Assembly (NCBI RefSeq): GCF_030144855.1
Contig: NC_082732.1
Span: 24,862,001 to 24,926,000, forward strand
DNA from: Hypanus sabinus
Taxonomy: Eukaryota
Direction of reading: 5' to 3'
DNA: 64,000 nt
Below are positions 1-12,589 of the stretch, piece after piece. A program made the position numbers and the translations under genes. Position 1 is the stretch's first letter; each line of letters starts with the position of its first letter. The notes beneath the pieces are model-generated. The model did not search any database and had not been told where the DNA came from. It saw nothing but the letters and a program-made list of their open reading frames with translations.

Positions 1-1619
1 CATTGCGCGGCCATGGTGCTTGCAAACTAACCGCTGATTTTGTCAGCGGGCTTTCTCAATTGCTAATCAACGAGACGTTTTGACGTTGTAAATTTAAGGC
101 CCTCGTGAACGAGTTTGTTGCAGCTGCCTCACGGGCATTGCTCAGCGTTCACGCAGAATTACGATGGGTTGCTTCACAAGGCTTTGATACTGTCCTTGAA
201 ACACTTTCTAACTAATTACTGAGGCCAGGCTTACAATTTTAAGTTTTTTTTTAAATATATACTGTGCACAGTCAACAATAAAAACATTTCTAATGTGCCT
301 GGAATTGGATAAAAGTAGATCTTCCAATGATGTCCCCGGCAGATCTTTGTGGAATGCCTATCTTCTTGAACTGAAAGGCCTTTTTGGCTGACTCCTGTTC
401 TTGTCTTCATTTACATTTTACTTGACTCTGGTGCATCCTAACATCACAGAGCATAGAACCATCCCCAACTAGTTATGTAGCTTTAGGAACCCTTGCAGAA
501 GAAAATAATGCCGCCTTACTGAACTCACCACCATCTCATCAAATAAGCTCCAATATTTTGTTACTCCAGCCAATACTTTCAGGCCCAGTTTCTTTTTGGA
601 CATTTATTTGGATTATGACATCTTTCTTTTAACCTAACATCCCACTGATTCATGTGAACAGTCCATCAAAAATAGGTGGTGATAGCTGGCACAGACTCAA
701 TAGGCCTAACTGTATCGCTGTGGCCCTCTGCTAAAAGTATTTTCAAAGCTAATTAGGTAATCATCTTTTCCCATACAGCTTTCAGTGACAAAATCAAATC
801 CAGATGTTCCTTGTATAAATTGTTCAATGGCTTATCACCACAAATCCCATGGAGTTCACTTGTGAACAAAGTATGGTGGTAAATATAATTCTAACGCACC
901 CTGAATGTTTGGGATTAGAACGAGGAAAAAAATACATGGCATATTGTAATCAGGAAAGCTAATATAGAAACTGATAAACATCAGATTTTGAGGGAAAATC
1001 TTGAAGTAGTAAATGTTTATCTTTATTATTTTTGATGTAAAATTAAAATATTTAATTGCTCGCATGCAAAATCACCAACCGGAAACATTAGTTACGTAAT
1101 GTTTTGATGCATTTGGTGATTTCACTACAGATGCCACCTCCCTGCTGAGTCCTCAGCGCTTTCTATTTTTATTTTCAAATATTCAGCACTTCCGTCCTTT
1201 AATTCACAAGTTTCAGGCTTTGCAACCAGAAATCTCCGGTGCTTGTTCTTTCACTGCCTTTTTCTCAATGAAAGTTTAAAACTCTTTGAGTTCAATTATG
1301 CTAATTCGACTTTACCATTAAGAAAAACAATAATTCATGAAAGCTAAGTTTCAATCAGCTTTATTCGGTGTACAAAGTTCAGTAACTATAGATTTTCCAT
1401 TTTCTCTGGTCTCATTTTTAATTGCAACAGGCTAAATCTCCTGAGTACGCGGGAAGAATGAGAAATACATATACTACTGATTTAATTGACTGTGCTGAAA
1501 ATATGCAAATGTTTCCAATGTTTTAATTTTAATTTTAAAATAATCAGACCTTGTCTCCGACTTTTAAAAGGACACAAACATCTCCCTGAACTGAGACACC
1601 CTTTCAATGACAGAGTTAA

Positions 1620-2000
1620 CTCAAAATCACGTGCGTACTCCGGCGGAACTGTAGCCCCGCCCACCCGGGGAGGTGGCACGCATGCGCAGATCGGAGCGCC
1701 CAATCACAGGGCTCGTCCTCCCCGCCGGATGCCGGGCCTGTGACGCCCCCGAGCCGAGGGGTCGGCTTTTCCACGCAGCTGGCGGCGGGGACTCGAACCG
1801 CCGATGGTTTTCCTCACGCTCTCGCGTTGGATCCGGAGCCGCGGGCCCGATCGATATTGGCGGGTCCAGGAAGTCCTGAAGCACGCACGGGTGAGGGCGG
1901 GCAGGAGGATCGGGACCGAAGGCCGGGCTGCTGTGAGACCGCCAGTCTCCCGGCTCCGGGGCCCGGTGGCACAAGCTCGGGCTTAGTAGGGAGCGATAAC
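1620..2000 (+). promoter_or_regulatory. CpG-island promoter of MRPL20
   Basis: CpG-dense stretch in AT-rich flanks. Contains E-box TCACGTG (~1627), GC box GCCCCGCCC (~1654), NRF1-like CGCATGCGCA (~1679) and CCAAT (~1700), directly upstream of the ATG at 1804. NRF1 sites are typical of nuclear-encoded mitochondrial genes. Confidence 0.85.
1804..1890 (+). CDS. MRPL20: Mitochondrial ribosomal protein L20 (bL20m), coding exon 1
   Basis: [29 protein letters not shown] matches the vertebrate MRPL20 N-terminus; donor GTGAGG at 1891, phase 0. Confidence 0.96.
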
Positions 2001-2310
2001 GTTGGCAATGGGAACCCTGTAGACGGCATGGAGTTGGTGGGCCGAAAGGCCGTGACCTGGCATCGGCTACCCCTCCGTGTGCAGGTTATTGAATCAGTCA
2101 TATAGCAGGGAACTAGGCCCTTCGTCCATGTGACCCTAGTCCCATCACATCCATCACCTCCTGTGCTGATGTCCCTGCTCGTTCCAGGTACTCGCCACCC
2201 CTTTGCGTGAGGTTGCCCTTCAGTTCTCTTTTAACTCTTCCACTTCTCACCTCGGACCTATGACCTGCCCCAAGGGTCGGTTCTCATTTATCATTTCTTT
2301 GTTTACGCAG

Positions 2311-2421
2311 CATTTCCGCGGGCGGAAGAATCGATGCTACAGCCTGGCGTTGCGGGCCGTGCGGAGAGCCTTTCTCTACTCCACCAAAGCCAGGAAACTG
2401 AAGAAGCGGAACATGAGGACG
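2311..2421 (+). CDS. MRPL20: MRPL20 coding exon 2
   Basis: Acceptor gtttacgcag; [37 protein letters not shown]; donor GTAAAG. Confidence 0.97.
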
Positions 2422-2830
2422 GTAAAGCGCCCAACTGCCGGGGCTGGTCGGCAACGGGAGGGCTGTTGCAAACATTTGGCCAGATGTGCAGCTGTAATCT
2501 CAAGTTATGGAGAAACGTGAAATGAATTGAATGACAATAGTGCTTCTGAAGGATTGCTTGTAAATATGGAATGGGAGAGCCAGTGCTTATTAAGTATTAA
2601 GAAAGTGGTATCATTTGGCATGAGAACTCAGAACATTTAACAGGAGCAAGCAGCATTTTAATGGGCTGTAAGATTAGACTAGTTTATTGTTCGCAAGGTG
2701 CAAGGAACTTTCTTGCTTATTGATGTTTTTATTTAGTGATTATTTTAAGAATTGCTAGTTAGTTCCAGCGTCAACCTGACAGCATGTATGCTGTGAACAA
2801 GTATGGTATTCCAAATCGAGGAAGGAAATA

Positions 2831-3593
2831 CAGTGAATTCTAGTTAACTGAGGCACATCAGGATCCCTACATTTGGTACAGTTAAATGGCTCCCTCAATA
2901 AGCCGAAGTTTCATGGAAATAGTTAAGGTATAAAAAAGACTGATTAGTAAATTATGCATTAAATGAAGTTCAGAGCAAATTAGAACACTACTAATACTAG
3001 TACGGTGCTATAAAACAATGTTACTTCTTAATAAGTGTACAGTGACATGTTCTTTTGATTGTAAATGAACAAAATCAGCACAGACACCTAGTGCAGATAA
3101 TGGACTGCCTTCATACAATGCTTTTGACAATTGCATCCTCCAATTCTTCATTTTTGTTCTAACATTGTTGATACCTTTAAACTCTTTGTAGTACCTAACT
3201 TGCTTCAGTAGTGAAATCATTTCATTCCTGGCCATTTCTAGCATGTATCGGCAAACAGCAGTAAGCAAAACATCTCTGAACTGTCTTGCTGCTTATTTCT
3301 TGCCAACTATCAGTGACAAAAATCACTGCTATTTGAACACAAACACACACAACTTATATTATTTTAAAACTGTTTAAGCATGGTGTAGGAATTAACAGCT
3401 GTAGACATGCGCACAACTGATAACAGGTTAGAAGCTCTGTGGCAACAGTCTCCTCTCCCAATTTGGCAGCAAAGTATCCCAAATAACTGAAGGGAAACTC
3501 ACTATTTTCTCAATTAGTTTTTGTCCTTGAAGAGCTGTCCCAAATAGGCAGCTTCTCCGATTAACCGATGGCCCAATTAACTGGAATTCGCTC
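2831..3593. mobile_element. Tigger/pogo-like non-autonomous DNA transposon in MRPL20 intron 2
   Basis: TA|CAGTGAATTCTAGTTAACTGAGGC ... GCCCAATTAACTGGAATTCGCTC|TA: imperfect TIRs with TA flanks. Confidence 0.7.
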
Positions 3594-3654
3594 TACTTGC
3601 AAGACAGATTGCGGCACAGACTCTCCAGTTTTACTACTGGTTTATGAAAAGAGA

Positions 3655-4030
3655 GTAAGCAGGCTGGTCCTATACTCTTTTGATTTTAAAAGAATAAGAA
3701 GGAATCTTGTTGAAATGCGTAAAGCTTGTGGGACTTGAAAGGACAGATGTGGAGCTGATGTTTCTCCTGGCTGGAGTATCTAAGAAGAGGGGTCACAGTC
3801 TCAAAATAAGGAGCTAGTCTGTCATGGCAGAGGTGAGAAGAGATTTCTTCTCCCCGATGGTAGTAAATATTTGGAATACTCTATTCAACGCTCGGCCATT
3901 AGAAATATTTCTGGACTGAGCTCACAGATCTTTCTATATTCATTGACTCAAGGATGACCATGTTAGGACAGGAACATGAGGCTGAGGTACAAGATTAATT
4001 CTTACTGAATTGTGGAACAGGCACGAATAG
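3655..4030 (+). mobile_element. Old CR1 LINE 3' fragment
   Basis: Degenerate match to the CR1 ORF2 C-terminus (RGHSLKIR-like) and 3' UTR seen in better copies in this window. Confidence 0.65.
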
Positions 4031-4881
4031 TTGAGCTACATTTTATTTGTTATTCGAGTATTGGGTCGCTGTGACTTTGTGCCCAAGTCAGTTTATTATT
4101 AGTCATGATTTGGGGAAATACTTGAATATGGGTCTTTTGATTAGCTGTTTGTGTATACACTTGTAATTTTAGGAAGGTCAGTTGAAAGAATTGAAAGCTA
4201 CATGGTGAAGTGTTAAACTTTCGTGCAGAGTGAACTACGTCAGTCGTGTGGTTTCCTTCAGCTCTATCTTGTGGCCTTGATAAAATGTAATACAATATGG
4301 GGTTGTGTGTAAGTGGGGATGTTCATGTAGTATTTGGTACCTAGCTGGCTAAATCTGTTTATTGAAATAAAACTTATTTAATAAGCAAAAAAAAATGCTG
4401 GTTGAAATTAATGCCACACGGTTTATTTTTTGATCATTGTTTCGAGAGTACAGTTGTTTGAGTCCTCAGCTACATTAAATGCCAATTGGCTTAGATGGTA
4501 AAATGGCCATTTCAGAGGCCATTTCCAAGATAGTCCTAGAATGACTAACCATTCCTGTATCCTGATCTGCATCTTTCCCATACATATATCCTGCCTACCT
4601 GTAGTACAGTTTCCCTTAATTATTTTATTCTGCAATAAATGGTGTAAGAAAGTGTCCCTCTCCAATGTTTTACTTTGTTTGTTGATATGAAGGACCAAAC
4701 TACATGAGCATTTTATTTCTTAAAAAATGCTAAGCTCTACTTGATTTTTAAATGGTACAATAGTACTGAAGTCATTCAGTAGCTCTACTTCCTTAGACGT
4801 TTACCTGCCGACATCCCTGGTTCTTGTAATAAAATTCATGATTGAATAAAGAAAGGATGATGAATTGTGTTTTTTTTTCAG

Positions 4882-4959
4882 CTTTGGATCAGCAGAATAG
4901 CAGCAGCCTCCAGGGAGCATGGGCTGAAATATCCAATACTAATTGGTAATTTGATTAAG
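4882..4959 (+). CDS. MRPL20: MRPL20 coding exon 3
   Basis: Acceptor ttttttttcag; [26 protein letters not shown]; donor GTGAGT. Confidence 0.97.
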
Positions 4960-5885
4960 GTGAGTTTGCAGCTTATAAATATTTAGTGGATTAATGGCCT
5001 TGATCATGTTGCAGTGAGCGGGTGGTTTATTTTGTATTCTATTATGAGGGCTTCTCATGTTTTGTGAATTAGTTTTGGCTGAGTTCTCAGAACCAGAACC
5101 TGGTGGACATGTGCTCTTCTGAGAACTTTTAACACATTCTAAACTGATGCTTCAACGAAGGCATGCCAGAGCATGGTGTCTCCTGCATAAAATATGAAAG
5201 CAGGCTGTGCTGGACGATATGATTCAGAGAACACGAATTATTGTAGTGTTCTGTCCAGCAGCTAGACCTTACCTAATTTACTGTTCTGGAATATTATTTT
5301 TTAGAAGAAGATTGATGTCTAACTAGTTATAATCACTAATAGGAATAAAGTAATTGAGTTGCTACAGTGCTTCAAAATGTAAATGCTGTGTCAATTATAG
5401 TTTATTTTCCTATTATGTGAGATTGTTATATTTAAGATTAATAATTGGTCCCAAATGAATTAATAAATTCAGTTTTTCTACACTTTTGGTTAGTTTTATA
5501 GAAGCATTCAGAAAGAATAGGTCAATTGTCCCATGGGGGTGATAAAATTTGTATGGCTTGGCTGGGAGATTGGGTTGTATAACTATGTAAATAAATATAA
5601 ATTTTATTTTCTTGCCCATTGTGTTGACAATAGAAAGTTATATCATAGCCTATGGTACTGCACACTGCCTCTGTATTAAATGTTGAAGTGGAAGATCAAG
5701 TTCAGAGAAATCTGCAGCTGGGTCAGTCCATGCAACTGTAGATTTTGACTAAATGCTGCTTTCCACTCTGATAAGCGTGTTGTTTAACTGGCATTTTTTT
5801 GTAATTTTTATGCTTTAGATTTGATAGGAAACAGTTCTGAAAATTGTATGAGATGTTTTAATAATTAAAGTTTTTGTTTTGATAG

Positions 5886-6059
5886 AGTCAAGTGGAACTA
5901 AATAGAAAAGTTCTTGCCGATTTGGCTGTGTACGAACCAAAGACATTCAAATCCCTGGCAGCACTAGCGAAGCGAAGAAGGGAAGAAGGCTTCCTTGATG
6001 CGTTAGGCGATGGCAGAGAACCCAATGGAATATTTTCACGTATTGTGCACCGTGACTAA
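5886..6059 (+). CDS. MRPL20: MRPL20 coding exon 4 (terminal)
   Basis: Acceptor ttttgatag; [57 protein letters not shown]. The four exons join in frame to 149 aa. Confidence 0.97.
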   Translation, partial: SQVELNRKVLADLAVYEPKTFKSLAALAKRRREEGFLDALGDGREPNGIFSRIVHRD

Positions 6060-6062
6060 AGG

Positions 6063-6068
6063 AATAAA
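6063..6068 (+). terminator. Candidate MRPL20 polyadenylation signal
   Basis: AATAAA 3 nt after the stop, followed by T/GT-rich sequence; a second AATAAA at 6603. Confidence 0.5.
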
Positions 6069-7390
6069 TGTGAATAATTACTGTGAATAATTTTCATCTG
6101 TTTTGTAACTGAGTTTTGCTGGCAATTTAACAAAACACTTGAAGCAGACTTCAAATCTGTCCAAAAATCTTTGGCATTGCTGTGTGGACTTTGACAAGAA
6201 ATAGTTATTACGATGCATACTTGAATCCAAGTATGATTATATGAAATTCTTCAATAAGATTTTGGTAACGTGGAAAATGTGACAGGCTGGGGTAGAAAAA
6301 CTGCTTGCTGGAAAACATCAGTACATGTTGGCTTCCTCAGCTTTGACCATCCAATTTTCATGTACTAAAGAATACTTAAATATATTTGATTACATTTAAA
6401 AGAGAAGATAATTGGGCCCAGTCTTGTGAAAATTGTACTAATGGGACTTATAGTTTTTGGCACGAGGCCTCATTGTACATCAATGAAGAAGAAGAGGACA
6501 GTTTTTTTTAAATCACTGGGATGCTTGCCTAAGTTCTGCTCTTTTCTCCGTTCCAATATTGCTTCCAGTGTACTGGGCCAAATTGTAATTTATTTCTGTC
6601 CCAATAAATCATTTAATGCTATTTTATTATGTAGAATATCTTATCTTAGTATGGTTTTGTGGAGATAACAAGTTATTTATGATAAATGTGTGGGTAATGG
6701 AGTGGTGCTCTAATCATTACCCAAGAGGCTTTTCAAGATGTCGCCAGAATAACTTGTAAGATGACCTAGATCCATGCTGTCTCAAAATAGTTTGCTTTCT
6801 ATTACAGAGAGGTACAGCTGAGTTTTGTCTCAGCAATTACCCATCATGATGTCCTTTCAAGTAGATTAGTAACCAGAGTCTAGATGTTCATAATGGAACA
6901 ATGAGGGAACTAATACATAGCTTTATAGTACTGGCAGAAGCCTGTACTGAAAGCAGATCCAGCTTTTAATATTGCAATTGATCACATACTTACGGATCTG
7001 CTAATCAGCTCTTCCGAACTGTTGGTGTGGATGGAGTGGATCTGATTGCCTTTTGTATGGGGGAGGAGGGAATTTAATGATTCCAAACCAATTGCTGAAT
7101 TTCTCTTCCTTCAGCTGTTCCTGCCACTTTCTATTTATGCCTCTTTCCCATGTCACCAAATGGGTTTGAATGTTTACTCTCCCTCTTGCCATCCACATGC
7201 ATGTGCATCTCTTGCTGTACCTACCTTGGCTTATTGCTGTTTCTTACTGCTGCTTGGCATTTACTTTCCAATGCTCCCTTGTCTTTTGTATTTCACATTT
7301 TTATCCACTTTTTCTTCCACTACCCCCCCCCCCCCAACCTGTGCATAGGAAGTGCATTAGATCGGAAAGGCTGCTTCCCTTTGACTCGTG

Positions 7391-7469
7391 CAAGGGTTCC
7401 CAACCAGGGGTCCACGGACCCCTCAGTTAACGGGAAGGCTCCATGACATAAAAAAAGGTAGGAACCCTG
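7391..7469. mobile_element. About 80-bp hAT (Charlie-like) MITE
   Basis: TIRs CAAGGGTTCCCAAC / GGTAGGAACCCTG; 8-bp TSD GACTCGTG (7383-7390) vs GACTGGTG (7470-7477); second copy at 57109. Confidence 0.75.
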
Positions 7470-8169
7470 GACTGGTGGGACAAGGGTTCTCAACAATAAA
7501 ATCTCTGCCTGTATACTGGGTTATCTCACGCTCATCAGTGTTGACATAGATTGCTCACAGAGAGGTCTCCAGGAGCTCATCAACGATGACTAGAAGCTTC
7601 TTTGACTCAGATTCAAATCTGATGGTCCATTTGGTTATCTGAGCTGTGTGTTTTTCTTGTATCTGGAAGCTGGAGAAATGCCCTATGGTGCAAATGTGCA
7701 TTAGCTGTATGCCAACAAGTGAATGGATGTCTTACCTCCTTTCAATAAAGGCCCTTCTAGAAGGCAGTTGAACTAGAGGACTAATGGGGAAACTGTTCAT
7801 CCTATGGAGCCTCCACTCAATGAATCAATCTCAGTTGTCTTGATGCTGAGCTCTAATTCCTTAAGTATGCAAGAGGATGTGCTTTATTCAGGACATCGGC
7901 AAAACCTAGAAGAGGTTCATTCCAATGTGAGCTGCTGTACAACTCCACCCTCTGACAAAAGTGTCCCAGCCAAGGCAAATGTTGACGATAAAGTGTGCCA
8001 GTATAGTCCTCGGCCCTCTGAGGAAAAGGGCTTCTGAAGATGAAGACCTCACCCCGGCACCAAACATAGTACACTGGCCCATGGTATTTTCTGCCCTCCT
8101 ATTTGCTTTTCAGACTCGGGGGTTGTAAGGCACTGGAGCAACATTCCAAAATATAGAAAGGCATCATAT

Positions 8170-8590
8170 TCCATAAGACATAGCAGTAATAAGCAATAAT
8201 TCAGTCCAAGTCTGGTCTGCCAGTCTTGTCTGATTTATTTTCCCTCTCAGCCCCATTCCCCTGTCTTCCGGTAACCTTTGATGCCCTTACTAATCAAGAA
8301 CTTAGTGACCTCTGCTTTAAGTATACCCCTGGACTTGACTTCCACTGCAGTCTGAGGCAATGAATTCTACAAGTTCACCACTGTCTGGCTACAGAAATTC
8401 CACCTCATCTCTATTCTAAAGGGATATCCTTGATTTTATGAGGCTGTGGCCACTGGTCTTAGACTCTCCCACTATTGGAAACATCTTTTCCGGATCTACT
8501 CTATCAAGGTCTTTCAAAATTAGGTAGGCTTCAATGAGATCTCTTCCGCCCCACCCCCATTCTAAACTCCAGGGAGTACAGGGCCTGAAT
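8170..8590 (-). mobile_element. CR1 LINE 3' fragment
   Basis: Reverse complement of the CR1 3' end seen at 29600-30056. Confidence 0.75.
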
Positions 8591-8915
8591 CATGTACATG
8601 AATTAATCACCAGCAGGTAAAGCAAAGCAGTTTCTATCTCCAGCACTAATTGCACTGAGATGGCTCCGTGAAGCAAACCATGTTATTTGCCTGCCTGCCG
8701 AATGCCAGGCCTGGATAACTACTGCTCTATTCAAAGCTCTGTCAAATGAAGACATTACTAGGTGGGCAAATTAATAGATCTGTGGCTTCAGAGGGGGCAA
8801 ATGCAACATTCCCATGGATTTCTCAAAATTCTGGGTGAAGTGGTGAATGAGCAATCGGGACAGCACTGAGAATCTCGAGAGACACAATAAGGAAAATCCA
8901 GTGTCTCAGGAGACA

Positions 8916-10085
8916 ATGAAGGTAGAGCCATAGATATAGTGTACATGGATTTCAGCAAGGCATTAAGATACCCCATGCAAGGCTTATTGAGAAAGTAAGG
9001 AGGCATGGGATCCAAGGGGACGTTGCTTTGTGGATCCAGAACTGGCTTGCCCACAGAAGACAAAGAGTGGTTGTAGCTGGGTCATAGTCTGCATGGAGAT
9101 CAGTGACCAGTAGTGTGCCTCAGGGATCTGTTCTTGGGACCCCTACTCTTCATGATTTTCATAAATGACCTGGATGAGGAAGTGGAGGGATGGGTTAGTA
9201 AGTTTACTGATGACACAAAGATTGGGGGTGTTGTGGATAGTGTGGAGGGCTGTCAGAGGTTACAGCGGGTCATTGATAGGATGCAAAACTGGGCTGAGAA
9301 GTGGCAGATGGAGTCAAACCCAGATAAGTGTGAGGTGGTTCATTTTGGCAGGTCAAATATGATGGCAGAATATAGTATTAATGGTAAGCCTCATGGCAGT
9401 GTGGAGGATCAGAGGGATCTTGGGGTTCGAGTCCACAGGACACTCAATGCTGCCTACGCAGGTTGATTCTGCAGTTAAGAAGACATACGGTGCATTGTCC
9501 TTCATCAATTATGGAATTGAGTTTATGAGCCGAGAGGTTGCAGCTATATAGGACCCTGGTCAGACCCCACTTGGAGAACTGTGCTCAATTCTGGTCGCCT
9601 CACTACAGGAAGGATGTGGAAACCATAGAAAGGGTGCAGAGGAGATTTACAAGGATGTTGCCTGGATTGGGGAGCATGCCTGATGAGAATAGGTTGAGTG
9701 AACTCAGCCTTTTCTCCTTGGAGCAACAGAGGATGAGAGGTGACCTGATAGAGGCATTGATCATCTGGATAGTCAGAGGCTTTTTCCCAGGGTTGGAATA
9801 GCTAGCATGAGAGGGCATAGTTTTAAGGTGCTTGGAGGTAGGTACAGAGGAGATGTCAGGGGTAAGTTTTTTTACACAGAGTGGTGAGTGTGTGAAAAGA
9901 GGCTGCCAGTGGCGGTGGTGGAGGCGGAAATGATAGGGTCTTTTAAGAGACTCCTGGATAGGTACATGGAGGTTAGAAAAATAGAGGGCTATGGGTAAGC
10001 CTAGGTAGTTCTAAAGTAAGGACATGTTCGGCACAGCTTTGTGGGCCGAAGGGCCTGTAGTGTGCTGTAGGTTTCTATGTTTCTA
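8916..10085 (+). mobile_element. 5'-truncated CR1 LINE (RT remnant)
   Basis: ORF pieces LGPLLFMIFINDLDEE...SKFTDDTK and LYRTLVRPHLE; ends in a TTTCTATG-type microsatellite tail. Confidence 0.93.
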
Positions 10086-11206
10086 AAACCCAACCTAAGT
10101 GGCAAAAGGAACTTTTCCCAAACCACCCACCCATGTTCAGACAGCATCTCCTACCTCATCTGCAGATAAATCTGTGGTTCCCATTTGGGACATCAGTCTT
10201 CTGTGGACCTGAAGTGTGAGCTCTTCATTCTTGCCAAGTACATTGATAAAGAAGCAGAAGAAACTCAAAGCTTGGTGGTTTAAAAACTGAATAATGGTGT
10301 GTCCTTAACATGCGTCTGATCCCATATTAAGCTGCTGCAGAGCATGAGAAATACACAAATTCTTACCCAGGTCAAATAACATTTATTTGACATCTCTCTT
10401 TGAGTAGGGGGAAATGCACGTTCACCTTGGTGAGGTCTACGTACTCCTTTTATACAAAGCACAGCTTTTTGTAGATATTCCAACACAAGGTACAGCACCT
10501 TCACCGATAATACTGATATTCAATTATCCTTCACTGCCCCAACAAGAAAGCATGTGGTTAATTGTTTCTGATATACCTTCAATGCATATTCATCATGTGC
10601 CTGGTAGGTTCCTGCCTACGATCAGGGTGTCTAAAGAATCCCTTTGTTCAATTTTGACCAAGAATACAAAGGTGATGTTGAGGAGTGATGGACCCAGTTT
10701 CTGCGCTTAGCACAGACCTCCAGAGGTCTGGTGAATCTTTTATCGATGTTAATTAACTGTTCTCAGCATCTGCACTGACTCGCTGCATCATCGCCTCACA
10801 ATATATTGTTAAGAGTACTCTTTGCCTATCTTGATTCATGATATTTCCTTTTTCTAATGGAGATGCTTGGTCACCAGAAAGACATCCTTGGAGACATCTC
10901 TATTTATCCCTGCTATCACAACAAAGATCTGTAGCTTCCTTGTGATGATGGGGGTTATCTTCTGGGGATGTGCTTATTTTTCAATGGTTCAATTTAACAT
11001 CAGAGAAAGTATACAATATGCAACCTGAAATTCTTACTCTTCACAGGCATCCATGGAACAGAAAAAAAAAATGACAGAAAACATACCCCATATTTTTATC
11101 CCATATTGCTGTAAAAATCAGGCCTGGTTTTTTAAAAGCGTAGAAATACACACTTTTGTTATAAGTACTAGATTTTTAAAGTATAACATGCAAATTAACT
11201 ATACAA

Positions 11207-11416
11207 CACTTACCACACGCTGGAGGAACTCAGCAGGCCAGACAGAATCTGTGGAAACAAGCAATCAACGTTTCGGGCCGAGACCCTTCAGTCCTGATGA
11301 AGGGTCTTGGCCTGAAACATAGACTGCTCATTTCCACGGATGCTGCCTGGCCTGCTGAGTTCATATAGCGTGTTGTACATGTTGCTTTGACCACAGCATC
11401 TGCAGTGCATTTTGTG
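11207..11416. mobile_element. Penelope-derived fold-back element carrying hammerhead motifs
   Basis: Inverted arms about 11215-11257 and 11331-11373; TSD AATTAACTATACAA (11193-11206) vs AATTAACCATACAA (11417-11430). Confidence 0.8.
11289..11326 (+). ncRNA. Minimal hammerhead ribozyme motif (type I topology)
   Basis: CAGTC-CTGATGA-AGGGTCTTGGCCT-GAAA-CA-TA-GACTG. Stem I is CAGTC/GACTG and the core is CUGAUGA/GAAA; the CG after GAAA has decayed to CA. Confidence 0.6.
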
Positions 11417-11709
11417 AATTAACCATACAAGTTGGGGCCCTGGGTCTCTCTGTGGGTAGAAGGATGCATCATCCAGGGGCACGGACGAGGGGTGCCTTGC
11501 TCGGCCATTTGTCCACAATAACATACTGTACATGCTATATCTTTCAATCTACTTTACCCCGTTTGCCATTTCCATTTTGCATGACACTTGTCTCACTCAA
11601 AGCTTGAAACTGGTGCGATTATATCCATGAAGTGCATGTGTTCTAAGAAGGTAGAAATTTTCTTGCCCCACTAGATTATTTAATGGTGGCTGTGCCTAAT
11701 TGGAAGCAT

Positions 11710-12180
11710 GATAACAGGCCCTTTGGCCCACCAAGTCTGTGCCAACCATCAACCATTTATTTATACTGATCTTATATGAATCCCATTATTCTCTCCACAA
11801 CAATCTGCTGTGGCAACTTGGCAGGTTGAGCAGAACCTGTGGGAGAGGAGGAATTGTCATAATTTCAGGTCAACATTTTGCATCTGGTCTGAGGGCAGAG
11901 GGCAAGGCAACTAGGTTGTTTGTTGCAGTCTCTGCCTCTCCATTATTCTCCCCTCATTCCGATCAACCGCTCCCAGATTCCACCACTCAGCTAGATACCA
12001 GGGACAGTTTATATTGGCCTACTAATCCACCAGCCGGCATAACTTCTGGGATTTGTGAGGGAAAACAGAACATTTAGAGGAAACACATAGTCACAGGGAG
12101 GACATGCAAACTCCATGCCACCTAAGTTCTGGATTGATTCAGTCTCTGGAACTGAAGCAGGAACCCTTATGCCACATCAC
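11710..12180 (-). mobile_element. V-SINE/HE1-like SINE, degenerate and interrupted
   Basis: Reverse complement of the V-domain (gtcacagggaggacatgcaaactcc) plus a CR1-like tail. Confidence 0.6.
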
Positions 12181-12589
12181 TTCCACTGAGTTAGTGCCAC
12201 AGATACCAGCGTTCCAACAATAGCGTTAAAACTGTTGCTGTCGAGTAGTAGGGGCATAAACAAGAATGGGAAAAAAAAGGAATCCTGGAACAGGACTACC
12301 CAAAAGAGAGTACTGAAACATGAAATCCAAATGGTGGGCCGTCATAGAGAAGTACCCAAATAAAAGGGCCTGTTTCTGTGCTGTTCGATCCTACGAGAAG
12401 TGAAATTTATGAGCAGGGAATTTTATTGCAATGCATAACAATAATCTAATCTGAATGAAATTCCTATTGAGGCATGGTTTACACGAGGTATTCCTATACT
12501 CTATGCTTTGTTTTTTATTTATATAATATCATGCAAAGAACCGGTAAGCAGGAACTCCACATGATGTCTCCATGCGCTCTCTCACTGAG

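Noticed and set aside
25-60. Resemblance of ctaaccgctgattttgtcagcggg to the telomerase RNA P2b hairpin
   Set aside because: No full CTAACCCTAA template and no downstream pseudoknot partner strand visible.
1482-2105. Multiple overlapping ORFs across the MRPL20 CpG island
   Set aside because: GC-rich sequence lacks stops by chance; only 1804-1890 matches a known protein.
2518-2555. Intronic C/D snoRNA candidate (ATGA...CTGA)
   Set aside because: Too short, non-canonical box C and no terminal stem.
7480-8150. Possible exon or ORF 7804-8037 between MRPL20 and UBE2J2
   Set aside because: No recognisable protein or consistent splice structure; looks like very old repeat-derived sequence.
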